Shown here: piece by piece, positions 49,010 to 57,177 of the stretch
Layout of the letters: each line of letters begins with the position of its first letter
How positions within the stretch are numbered: position 1 is the first letter of the stretch
Assembly (NCBI GenBank): GCA_016778895.1
Contig: JADHOR010000005.1
Coordinates: 33,636 to 97,635 of the forward strand
From: Candidatus Puniceispirillum sp.
GTDB taxonomy: Bacteria > Pseudomonadota > Alphaproteobacteria > Puniceispirillales > Puniceispirillaceae
Direction of reading: 5' to 3'
DNA length: 64,000 nt
Notes under the pieces: model-generated
Databases searched by the model: none
What the model was told of the DNA's origin: nothing
What the model saw: only the letters and a program-made list of their open reading frames with translations
Translations under genes and position numbers: made by a program

Positions 49010-50150
49010 AATCGAAGCTGAGGGGTTTGACCTTAAGGCACTGCTTGACCCTGACGCGGCCGGTGAGGTTGCCCGGGTAATGCAGATCTGTAATGCCTGT
49101 CGTTATTGCGAGGGGTTTTGTGCAGTATTTCCGGCGATGACCCGTCGTCGTCAATTTGACGAGGGTGATGTCGGCTATCTTGCCAATCTTTGCCACAATT
49201 GCGGTGCCTGTTATCACGCCTGCCAATATGCCCCACCGCATGAATTTGGCGTGAATGTACCGCAGGCGCTGGCTGCGGCGCGTAACGACAGCTATGCCGC
49301 CTATGCTTGGCCGGCGCCAATGGCCGGGTTGTTCAGGCGAAATGGGCTGGTCGTCACTCTGGTGATCTCGTCTGGTTTGGCGATTACCGTGGGGGTGATG
49401 TTGGCGATGATTGCGCCGCAGCTGTTCTGGGGTGTGCATGTCGGCGAGGGCGCATTTTACAAGATCATGCCGCATACAGTCATGGCAGGGATTCCGCTGG
49501 TGATTTCAGCTTTTGTGCTGATGTCATTCATCATGGGCTGGCGGCGTTACTGGCGCCATACAGGCGCGAAATGGGGCGGTTTTGTCGATCTGTTTGACGC
49601 CATCAAGGCTGCGGCTAGTTTACGCCATCTTGGCGGCGACTCGTCCAGCACCATGTTATCGGGGCCGGGCTGTCCGACCGGCGATGACCGGTCAAGCAAC
49701 TCGCGGCGCATTTATCATCAACTGACGATGTACGGGTTTTTGCTGTGTTTTGCCGCAACCTCGGTTGGCACGATCTATCATTATGTGTTTGGCCGTGAGG
49801 CGCCATACGGCTATCTGGAATTACCGGTGGTGCTTGGCACGGTCGGTGGCATTATCTTATGTATCGGCACGGCTGGCCTGTTCGTTGAAAAACGGCGAAT
49901 GCATCCATCGGTTCGCCATGATGAAGGGCTTGGCATGGATTACGCCTTCATCGTGTCGCTGTTTTTTGTCAGCTTTACCGGATTGTTGTTACTTGCAGTG
50001 CGCGAGACCAGCTATATGGGTGTGACTTTGGCCATCCATTTAGGCGTTGTTTACGGGTTTTTCCTGATCCTGCCATTTTCAAAATTTGTGCATGGACTGT
50101 ATCGGTTTGCCGCCCTGATCACTAGTGCGGGTGAGGCACGCCGCGGCTAG
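48993..50150 (+). CDS. tcuB: Tricarballylate utilization protein TcuB (Fe-S membrane protein)
   Basis: Cys clusters CNACRYCEGFC and CHNCGACYHAC followed by TM helices. I prefer GTG 48993, which has GGAGG 6 nt upstream. It overlaps the tcuA end by 17 nt. Confidence 0.85.
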   Translation: MSLTDKIEAEGFDLKALLDPDAAGEVARVMQICNACRYCEGFCAVFPAMTRRRQFDEGDVGYLANLCHNCGACYHACQYAPPHEFGVNVPQALAAARNDSYAAYAWPAPMAGLFRRNGLVVTLVISSGLAITVGVMLAMIAPQLFWGVHVGEGAFYKIMPHTVMAGIPLVISAFVLMSFIMGWRRYWRHTGAKWGGFVDLFDAIKAAASLRHLGGDSSSTMLSGPGCPTGDDRSSNSRRIYHQLTMYGFLLCFAATSVGTIYHYVFGREAPYGYLELPVVLGTVGGIILCIGTAGLFVEKRRMHPSVRHDEGLGMDYAFIVSLFFVSFTGLLLLAVRETSYMGVTLAIHLGVVYGFFLILPFSKFVHGLYRFAALITSAGEARRG

Positions 50151-50203
50151 CCACCTGCATTGCCGACAATATTGCGATATTAACTGGTGTATTAATTCTG
50201 GGT

Positions 50204-50953
50204 TTAATAGCCAAATGTCTTTGAGATGATTTTGGCTGACTCGACCAACAATGTGCGCCGTGCCATCGCCTCGTCCAAATCAAAGCGCTGTTTCGGCCCA
50301 TGAATCGCCAGCGCCGCGACATAACGCCGGCGTGAGTCCAGCACCGGCACGGCAATCGCAATCATGCCGTCATGGAATTCTTCCAAATCAAGCGCAAAGC
50401 CATCTTTGCTGATCCGTTGCAACTCGTCCTCCAGTGTTTCGGTACTGGTATGGGTGTGTTCTGTATAGGCGCGCAGGTCCAAGCTATCGATCAAAACCCG
50501 CCGTTTTTTTGGCGGCAGGCTGGCAAGATAGGTCTTGCCGCTTGCTGTGCAATGAAAAGGTACATGTGTTCCGACTGGTAGCAGAACCCGGAAGGGCCAA
50601 TTCGTCTCGACGCGGTCAGCATAGATCATGCCCTTGATTTCTGGCCTGACGAAATTCACCGTTTCGCCGGCCTTGCGCGCGATATTCTGCAAAATTTGAT
50701 GGCGCGTGGTCTGGCCGGTTGCGTGCTGTGCCAACCCCGCAGCAAGCGAAAGAAGGCGTTTTGTAGGGTGAAGACGGCGTGCCTGTTTGACAAGATAACC
50801 CTCGGCAATCAGTGTCTGGCAAAGCCGGTGCAGACTTTGCTTGGGCCAGTCGAGCTGTTCGTTGATCTCGGTTGGCGTAAGGGGGCGTCCGGCATCCGCG
50901 ATCACTTCAAATATCCTTAAGATCCGCAAATTTGGTGGAGTTGAGTCGGTCAT
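50204..50953 (-). CDS. IclR family transcriptional regulator
   Basis: N-terminal wHTH (LRILRIFEVIADAGRPLTPTEINEQL) and an IclR effector domain. The start is ATG 50953, with GAAGG 7 nt upstream. The ORF track extends to 50986. Confidence 0.9.
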   Translation of the reverse strand: MTDSTPPNLRILRIFEVIADAGRPLTPTEINEQLDWPKQSLHRLCQTLIAEGYLVKQARRLHPTKRLLSLAAGLAQHATGQTTRHQILQNIARKAGETVNFVRPEIKGMIYADRVETNWPFRVLLPVGTHVPFHCTASGKTYLASLPPKKRRVLIDSLDLRAYTEHTHTSTETLEDELQRISKDGFALDLEEFHDGMIAIAVPVLDSRRRYVAALAIHGPKQRFDLDEAMARRTLLVESAKIISKTFGY

Positions 50954-51062
50954 TATGGTGCCTTCTTTCACGCGCAACTCCCACACGAAAAGAACAATGG
51001 CGGCAAAATTGTCTTGAACAAGCCACAGATTCGTGCATGATTTTACTCTTTATCTAATAATA

Positions 51063-51101
51063 GAGACTAAAAGTCTCAAAAAGTAAACCTAAATATTTAG
51101 G
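51063..51101. promoter_or_regulatory. Two palindromes between the IclR gene and GMC paralog 4: GAGACT-AAA-AGTCTC and CCTAAATATTTAGG
   Basis: Read directly: 51063-51077 and the perfect 14-bp palindrome at 51088-51101. The second ends 8 nt before the TTG start at 51110 and overlaps the AGGGGTGG ribosome-binding region. Confidence 0.35.
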
Positions 51102-51109
51102 GGTGGCGA

Positions 51110-52705
51110 TTGGAGTTTGATTACGTCATCATTGGCGCTGGGTCGGCTGGTTGTGTAATTGCGAACCGTCTGTCGGCGAACCCGTCTGTTTCCGTGGCGC
51201 TGGTCGAGGCCGGAGGCCGGGATAGCTATCCATGGATTCATATTCCAGTCGGTTATTTCAAAACCATGGGCAATCCAAAAACCGACTGGTGCTATCGTAC
51301 ACAGCCTGACCCTGGGTTGAACGGGCGTTCGATCAATTGGCCGCGAGGCAAGGTGCTTGGCGGCAGCAGTTCGATCAACGGGCTTTTATATGTTCGTGGG
51401 CAACCGCAGGATTTTGACCATTGGCGCCAGCTTGGCAATGCGGGTTGGAGCTGGGGTGACGTGCTGCCATTGTTCCGGCGGGCCGAAAATTGGGAAGGTG
51501 CGCCATCGCCTGAACGAGGTGTTGGGGGCCCTTTGAATGTATCGGAAAACAAGGTTGATCGTGACATTATTGATGCGTGGGTTGATGCGGCGGCAAATGC
51601 TGGGTACCGGCGCACGGACGATTATAACCGCGAAGATCAAGAGGGTGTTGGCTTTTTTCAGATGACGATGAAAAATGGTCGACGCTGTAGCACGGCCGCA
51701 GCGTATCTGAAGCCGGTTCTGGCTCGTAAAAATTTGCATATCTTCACCCATGCGCATACTGACAGGATCGAGTTCGAGGATAAGCGCGCCACCGCAGCGT
51801 TGGTCAGGATTAACGGAAAAAATCAGCGGATCAGCGCGCGGCGCGAGATCATTCTGTCGGCAGGGGCGATTGGATCGCCGCAGCTCCTGATGCTATCTGG
51901 CATTGGCGATCAGCATGATCTTGGCCAGCACGGCATTGCCGCGACTCATCATTTGCCGGGTGTGGGGCGTAATCTGCAGGACCATTTGCAAGCCCGCCCC
52001 GTTTTTAAATGCAATGCCAGTACAATCAATACCGAAACTAAAGACCCGTTTCAGCTTGCAAAAATTGCGCTGAAATACGCGCTGAAACGATCTGGCCCGA
52101 TGGCAATGGCAGCCAGCCTTGGCACGGCATTTCTGAAAACACATCCGGCTTTAGAAACCCCTGACATTCAGTTTCATCTTCAGCCGTTCAGCGCTGACAA
52201 TATTGCAGATGGCAGCCATGATTTTTCGGCCTTTACCGCCTCGGTTTTACAGTTGAGGCCAGAAAGTAGGGGTCATATCGAACTGGTTTCATCAAAGCCT
52301 GAGGATTATCCGGCGATCCATCCGAATTATCTGGCAACTAAAACTGACTGCGAAACGCTTGTCGCCGGTATCAAGATTGCCCGTGCGGTTTGCCGCACCG
52401 ATCCGGTCAAATCACTGATTACCGAAGAGCACGCGCCGGGGCCAGCTGTGGCAGATAATGATGATGCGGCGATCCTTGAATGGGCGCGCAATACCTCTAC
52501 AACGATCTATCATCCCACCGGCACCTGTAAAATGGGTCAGGATAAAATGGCGGTTGTTGATGAAAAGCTGCGCGTTTATGGCGTAAGCGGATTGCGGGTT
52601 GCAGATGCGTCGATCATGCCGACCATCACCTCGGGTAATACCAACGCGCCGACCATAATGATTGGGGAAAAACTCTCAGATTTGATCTTGGAGGGGGCGG
52701 GATGA
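51110..52705 (+). CDS. GMC family FAD-dependent oxidoreductase, paralog 4
   Basis: TTG start, then EFDYVIIGAGSAGCVIANRL, GGSSSINGL, HPTGTCKMG and [17 protein letters not shown]. It is divergent from the IclR regulator. Confidence 0.9.
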   Translation: MEFDYVIIGAGSAGCVIANRLSANPSVSVALVEAGGRDSYPWIHIPVGYFKTMGNPKTDWCYRTQPDPGLNGRSINWPRGKVLGGSSSINGLLYVRGQPQDFDHWRQLGNAGWSWGDVLPLFRRAENWEGAPSPERGVGGPLNVSENKVDRDIIDAWVDAAANAGYRRTDDYNREDQEGVGFFQMTMKNGRRCSTAAAYLKPVLARKNLHIFTHAHTDRIEFEDKRATAALVRINGKNQRISARREIILSAGAIGSPQLLMLSGIGDQHDLGQHGIAATHHLPGVGRNLQDHLQARPVFKCNASTINTETKDPFQLAKIALKYALKRSGPMAMAASLGTAFLKTHPALETPDIQFHLQPFSADNIADGSHDFSAFTASVLQLRPESRGHIELVSSKPEDYPAIHPNYLATKTDCETLVAGIKIARAVCRTDPVKSLITEEHAPGPAVADNDDAAILEWARNTSTTIYHPTGTCKMGQDKMAVVDEKLRVYGVSGLRVADASIMPTITSGNTNAPTIMIGEKLSDLILEGAG

Positions 52706-53352
52706 ATATCAGCGGTCTTGATTTTACCCGATATGGTACCGCCGAGGTAACCGATATTGCGCAGATCATTTTCGCCGATATCATCTTGTCGGGTGATAAT
52801 GCGCTAGTGATCGGTATGGCGGCGGCAGGGCTGGCCCCCGGGCAACGCAAACGTGCGATTGCCATTGGCATGGCGGTGGCGGCGATATTGCGCATTGTCT
52901 TTGCAGTTATCGCTGCTCAATTGCTGGCAATCAAGGGCATTCTCTTGATTGGTGGCGGATTGCTCGCCTGGGTCTGTTACCGCTTCTACCAAGATTTGAA
53001 AGACTTTAACGGTAACGCCGCAAGCGGGGCCGCGCTGGGTGAGGCGGAAGCAGAGAAGCCGGCGGAAAAAAGCTTTGGTCGCGCCTTGGTGACCATATTA
53101 GTTGCTGATGTGTCAATGTCGATTGATAATATTGTCGCGGTGGCAGCGATTGCCCGCGATAACACGGTGCTTTTGATTTTTGGCCTCGGGCTGGCGATCG
53201 CCTTTATGGCGTTTAGTGCCTCGCTAATTATGCGGGTGATGATCAGGCATCGGTGGTTGTCATATCTCGGATTGTGGTTCCTGATCTATCTGACGGTTAT
53301 GATGATCTATGATGGATTAATCGATCTTGGGTTTATCGCGGCGATCTTTTAG
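52702..53352 (+). CDS. TerC/YjbE-family integral membrane protein
   Basis: 216 aa with the duplicated motif SGDNALVIG / SIDNIVAVA typical of the TerC family. Its ATG overlaps the GMC stop (ATGA). Confidence 0.85.
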   Translation: MNISGLDFTRYGTAEVTDIAQIIFADIILSGDNALVIGMAAAGLAPGQRKRAIAIGMAVAAILRIVFAVIAAQLLAIKGILLIGGGLLAWVCYRFYQDLKDFNGNAASGAALGEAEAEKPAEKSFGRALVTILVADVSMSIDNIVAVAAIARDNTVLLIFGLGLAIAFMAFSASLIMRVMIRHRWLSYLGLWFLIYLTVMMIYDGLIDLGFIAAIF

Positions 53353-53629
53353 TGGTGCCGCAAAGGTCGAGATGTGAATTGGTTTATCAGGCAAGTGGAA
53401 ATGATGTTTGGTTTAATTGTCGGAAATGGCTGTAGTCGGACAAAACTATGTTGAAAGATCTTCATCAGCATGGTGCGGCTAGGAGGAATAGCTGAAGGTA
53501 ACTTGAAAGACACTATTATGGAATGATGGAATTTATGATAATTCAGTTGATTGGTCTCGCATTAATCTTTCTGTTTAGGCAGATTGCGTTATGGCCTCCC
53601 ACTTACATTTATGGGCAATAGGAAACTAA

Positions 53630-54922
53630 ATGACGATAACTTATCTGAAGAAGGCGGAAAAAACGCCGCAAACCGGCAGTGATGAAACACGCAAGATCGT
53701 TGCTGATATGCTTGCTAAAATTGAGGCGGGTGGCGAGGAGGCTGCGCTTGCCTATGGGCGTGATCTTGACGGCTATAGCGGTGCTGCGATTGTAAGTGGT
53801 GAGGTGATTGCGGCGGCAGCGGCAACAATTTCGCCGCAGTTAAAGGACGATATTCAATTTGCCTATGGCAGGGTAACAAAATTTGCCAAGGCCCAGCTCG
53901 CATCGATTAACGAATTTGAAACCGAATTATCGCCCGGATTATGGGCTGGCCAGAAACTGATCCCGATTGAAACGGCGGGCTGTTATGTGCCGGGCGGTCG
54001 TTATGCTCATGTAGCCTCGGCGATTATGTCAATTGCTACGGCCAAGGTGGCGGGTGTTAATCACGTCGTTGCTTGTACCGCGCCGCATGGCAAGGAAGGC
54101 CCAAATCCGGCGATTATTTATGCGATGAATCTTTGTGGTGCCGATACCATTCTATCGCTTGGCGGCGTTCAGGGAATTGCCGCGATGGCCTTTGGGTTAT
54201 TTACCGGCAAACCGGCGCGTATTCTGGTCGGCCCAGGAAACCGGTTTGTTGCCGAGGCAAAACGAATGCTTTATGGCCGTGTCGGCATTGATATGTTTGC
54301 AGGCCCGACCGAAATTGCGGTGATTGCTGATGATAGCGCTGATGCGGCGGTGGTCGCCGAAGATCTGGTCAGTCAGGCCGAACATGGCCCGGACTCGCCG
54401 GCATGGCTGATCACGACATCGCGCCAGTTAGCTGACGATGTGATGGCGCAAATGGATCGTCACATTAATGCCTTGCCGGAAACTGCGCGGAATGCCGCCA
54501 CCGTGGCATGGCGCGATTATGGCGAGGTGATTTTGTGTGATAGTGACGAGGAAGCGGCTCAAATGTCGGATGAATATGCCGCCGAACATCTTGAAATTCA
54601 TACAAGCAAGGATGAATGGTATACCGCGCGTCTAAAAAATTACGGATCGCTGTTTATTGGTGAAGAAACCACGGTGACTTACGGCGATAAATGTTCAGGC
54701 ACAAACCATATCCTGCCAACCAAGGGTGCAGCGCATTATACTGGCGGTCTTTCAGTTCATAAATATCTGAAAATTGTTACAACGCAGCGCATGACCAAAG
54801 AGGCTAATCGCGAGGTGGGACAGGCGGCCGCGCGGATTTCGCGGCTGGAAGGTATGGAAGGCCATGCCCGTGCGGCTGATGTGCGGTTGCGCAAATATTT
54901 CCCCGGAGAAAATCTTGGCTAA
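53630..54922 (+). CDS. hpsN: Histidinol dehydrogenase-family paralog, candidate sulfopropanediol (DHPS) 3-dehydrogenase HpsN
   Basis: 430 aa of the HisD family (GCYVPGGRYAHVASAIM, SQAEHGPDSPAW). Its context is catabolic rather than histidine biosynthesis. An SDR and a Zn-ADH follow directly, in the hpsN-hpsO-hpsP order described for Ruegeria pomeroyi and Cupriavidus pinatubonensis. Confidence 0.6.
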   Translation: MTITYLKKAEKTPQTGSDETRKIVADMLAKIEAGGEEAALAYGRDLDGYSGAAIVSGEVIAAAAATISPQLKDDIQFAYGRVTKFAKAQLASINEFETELSPGLWAGQKLIPIETAGCYVPGGRYAHVASAIMSIATAKVAGVNHVVACTAPHGKEGPNPAIIYAMNLCGADTILSLGGVQGIAAMAFGLFTGKPARILVGPGNRFVAEAKRMLYGRVGIDMFAGPTEIAVIADDSADAAVVAEDLVSQAEHGPDSPAWLITTSRQLADDVMAQMDRHINALPETARNAATVAWRDYGEVILCDSDEEAAQMSDEYAAEHLEIHTSKDEWYTARLKNYGSLFIGEETTVTYGDKCSGTNHILPTKGAAHYTGGLSVHKYLKIVTTQRMTKEANREVGQAAARISRLEGMEGHARAADVRLRKYFPGENLG

Positions 54923-55673
54923 TGCTGGCTTGAGCCTATTTGATATCAATGGCAAAACGGCCCTGATAACCGGTGGCGGCAGTGGCCTTGGCCAGTTTAT
55001 GGCAAAGGCGCTGGCCGAGGCTGGGGCGAATATCTACCTCGTTGGGCGGCGTGAAGATAGATTAAAAGCAAGTCTTGGCAGTCACGACGGGGCGGTATTT
55101 CCGCTTGATCTGGTTGAACGCGGTGCGGCGGATCGTTTGTTTGAGATGGTCACAGCACAAGGCAGGCAGCCTGACATCATCGTCAATGCTGCCGGTATTA
55201 ACCCGCGTCGGCCGGCGGATGAAATTTCCGAGTCCGAATGGCATTACACGGTCGATCTGAATTTGAATGTTCCGTTTCTGGTTAGCCAGAAATTTGTGCC
55301 GCATATGAAACATGCGGGGTGGGGACGAATTATCAATATCGCCTCTTTGCAATCCACCCGTGCTTTTGAAAATGGCATCGCCTATGGTGCAGCTAAAGGC
55401 GGTATCTTGCAACTTACTCGTGCGATGGCACAGGCATGGTCGCCCCACGGTATTACCGCTAATGCGCTGGCGCCGGGGTTTTTCCCGACGGAATTGACCG
55501 CGCCGGTTTTTGCTGATCAGGCCGCTGCGCAAAGGCTCGCAAATGCGACCGCGATTGGTCGCAATGGGGTGCTTGAGGATATTCGGGGGCCATTGCTGTT
55601 TTTGGCGTCAGATGCCAGCAGCTATGTTACCGGCCAGTCAATTGCGGTAGATGGGGGGTTCACGGCAAAATGA
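54915..55673 (+). CDS. hpsO: SDR-family dehydrogenase, candidate DHPS 2-dehydrogenase HpsO
   Basis: TGGGSGLGQ cofactor motif and YGAAKGG (YxxxK). I prefer TTG 54915, which has GGAG 6 nt upstream. Alternative starts are TTG 54930 and ATG 54864. Confidence 0.55.
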   Translation: MANAGLSLFDINGKTALITGGGSGLGQFMAKALAEAGANIYLVGRREDRLKASLGSHDGAVFPLDLVERGAADRLFEMVTAQGRQPDIIVNAAGINPRRPADEISESEWHYTVDLNLNVPFLVSQKFVPHMKHAGWGRIINIASLQSTRAFENGIAYGAAKGGILQLTRAMAQAWSPHGITANALAPGFFPTELTAPVFADQAAAQRLANATAIGRNGVLEDIRGPLLFLASDASSYVTGQSIAVDGGFTAK

Positions 55674-56686
55674 AAGCGCTAGTTTATACTGGCACGCAAT
55701 TGTCGGAGATTCGTGATGTTGAATTGCCGGTTGCCGGCCCAGGTCAGGTTTTGGTTGATCTGGCCTTTTGCGGTATCTGCGGATCGGATATGCACGCATG
55801 GCACGGGCATGATGAACGCCGCGTGCCACCGCTTGTGCTTGGGCATGAAGCTGTTGGCATTGTGCAGGCCGTTGCGGTTGCCACTAATGTTACAAGTGGT
55901 CTAATTGGTAAACGGGTCGCGATTAATCCATTGATGACCTGCGGGATTTGTGATTTCTGCACGAGCGGCGATGAGCATCTGTGCGCTAAGCGTGAATTGA
56001 TTGGCATGCGGGTTCCGGGTGCCTTTGCTGAAAAACTGGCGATTGATGCTGGTAATTTAACCGTGATTGATGATGGCTTATCCTTTGCCGAGGCAGCGCT
56101 AGCCGAGCCGCTGGCCTGTTCGGTTCATGCGGTACGACTTGCCTGCCAACTTGACGGGGATAATCTCGATGTGAGCGTTGTTGTACTTGGTGGCGGTGCA
56201 ATCGGGCTTTTGACCGCGCTGGTGTTTGAGGCCTATGGCTACAAGGATATCTGGGTTGCAGAGACCAACCCGCTCCGCCGCAAAATGCTGGAAAATATTG
56301 GCTTGATGCGGGCCTATGATCCGCTGCATGAGGCGCCGGGTGCGCGCCAGATTGATATTGTTGTTGACGCGGTTGGCTCGGGCGCGACGCGCCATGCGGC
56401 CAGCATGATGGTGCGGCCGGGCGGGGTAATTGTGCATATCGGTCTGCAGGATAACGAAGCTGGCCTTGATACGCGCCGCATCACCCTGCAGGAAATTAAA
56501 TTTCAGGGCACTTACTGCTATCGCAAAGATGACTTTGCCGAAGCATTGGCGCTGCTGACGAGTGGCAAGATCAGTGGTAAGGGCTGGGCAGACATTCGGC
56601 CGCTTGGTGAGGGTGCACGATCTTTTATCGATATTCACGAAGGTAAGGCGCCACCAAAGATTATTCTACAGACAAGCGAGGTGTGA
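55670..56686 (+). CDS. hpsP: Zinc-dependent alcohol dehydrogenase (MDR family), candidate HpsP
   Basis: GICGSDMHAWHG and GHEAVG zinc motifs, a structural Zn Cys cluster (CGICDFCTSGDEHLC) and the cofactor motif VLGGGAIG. Its ATG overlaps the SDR stop (ATGA). Confidence 0.55.
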   Translation: MKALVYTGTQLSEIRDVELPVAGPGQVLVDLAFCGICGSDMHAWHGHDERRVPPLVLGHEAVGIVQAVAVATNVTSGLIGKRVAINPLMTCGICDFCTSGDEHLCAKRELIGMRVPGAFAEKLAIDAGNLTVIDDGLSFAEAALAEPLACSVHAVRLACQLDGDNLDVSVVVLGGGAIGLLTALVFEAYGYKDIWVAETNPLRRKMLENIGLMRAYDPLHEAPGARQIDIVVDAVGSGATRHAASMMVRPGGVIVHIGLQDNEAGLDTRRITLQEIKFQGTYCYRKDDFAEALALLTSGKISGKGWADIRPLGEGARSFIDIHEGKAPPKIILQTSEV

Positions 56687-57057
56687 TGATGCAACCTTCA
56701 CTGTTTTCAGGCTTTCAGAAACTAGCGCTTACGGCGCTGATATGTATGTCTTTTTTGCAGGCAGTGCCGGCCCGTGCTGATTTTATCAATGGTGATCAAT
56801 TGGGGCTTTACTGCACTTCAAAAAATCCAAATGACGAAGCGGTCTGTTTCGTCTATCTCGCCGGCGCTGTTGATGCGTTTACCACGATTAATTTGATGGG
56901 CGAGAAAGCCAGGGGGACAAAGTGGCAGTTCTGCCTTCCCGATGGCGTATCGCTGGTTCATTTAAAGGCCATAACGATGACATGGTTGGAACGGCCTGAG
57001 GCCAATCTTGACCTAGCGGCAACTTTGCTGATTTGGGGGACAATCAAGGACGCCTAA
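56686..57057 (+). CDS. Small secreted Rap1a/Tai4-like protein (putative T6SS amidase-effector immunity family)
   Basis: A signal peptide (LALTALICMSFLQAVPARA), then LGLYCTS...AVCFVYLAGAVDAF...FCLPDGVSLVHLKAITMTWLERPEANLDLAATLLIWGTI. This pattern resembles the Rap1a/Tai4 family as I recall it. The start overlaps the ADH stop. Confidence 0.5.
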   Translation: MMQPSLFSGFQKLALTALICMSFLQAVPARADFINGDQLGLYCTSKNPNDEAVCFVYLAGAVDAFTTINLMGEKARGTKWQFCLPDGVSLVHLKAITMTWLERPEANLDLAATLLIWGTIKDA

Positions 57058-57058
57058 A

Positions 57059-57104
57059 GCTGCCAATAGATCGCTGCCAATAGGTGGCTGCCAATAGTTG
57101 GCTC
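57059..57104. repeat. 14-bp tandem repeat GCTGCCAATAGNNN, about 3.3 copies
   Basis: GCTGCCAATAG occurs at 57059, 57073 and 57087, with a partial fourth copy (GCTC) at 57101. The array starts 2 nt after the Rap1a-like stop, in a convergent intergenic gap. Confidence 0.85.
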
Positions 57105-57177
57105 ACGTTATCGCTGGTCACGATTTTGGCCAACGCCGTTCGGTACTGGCGCCGCTCTTGGGAAAAACTGCTTTGGC

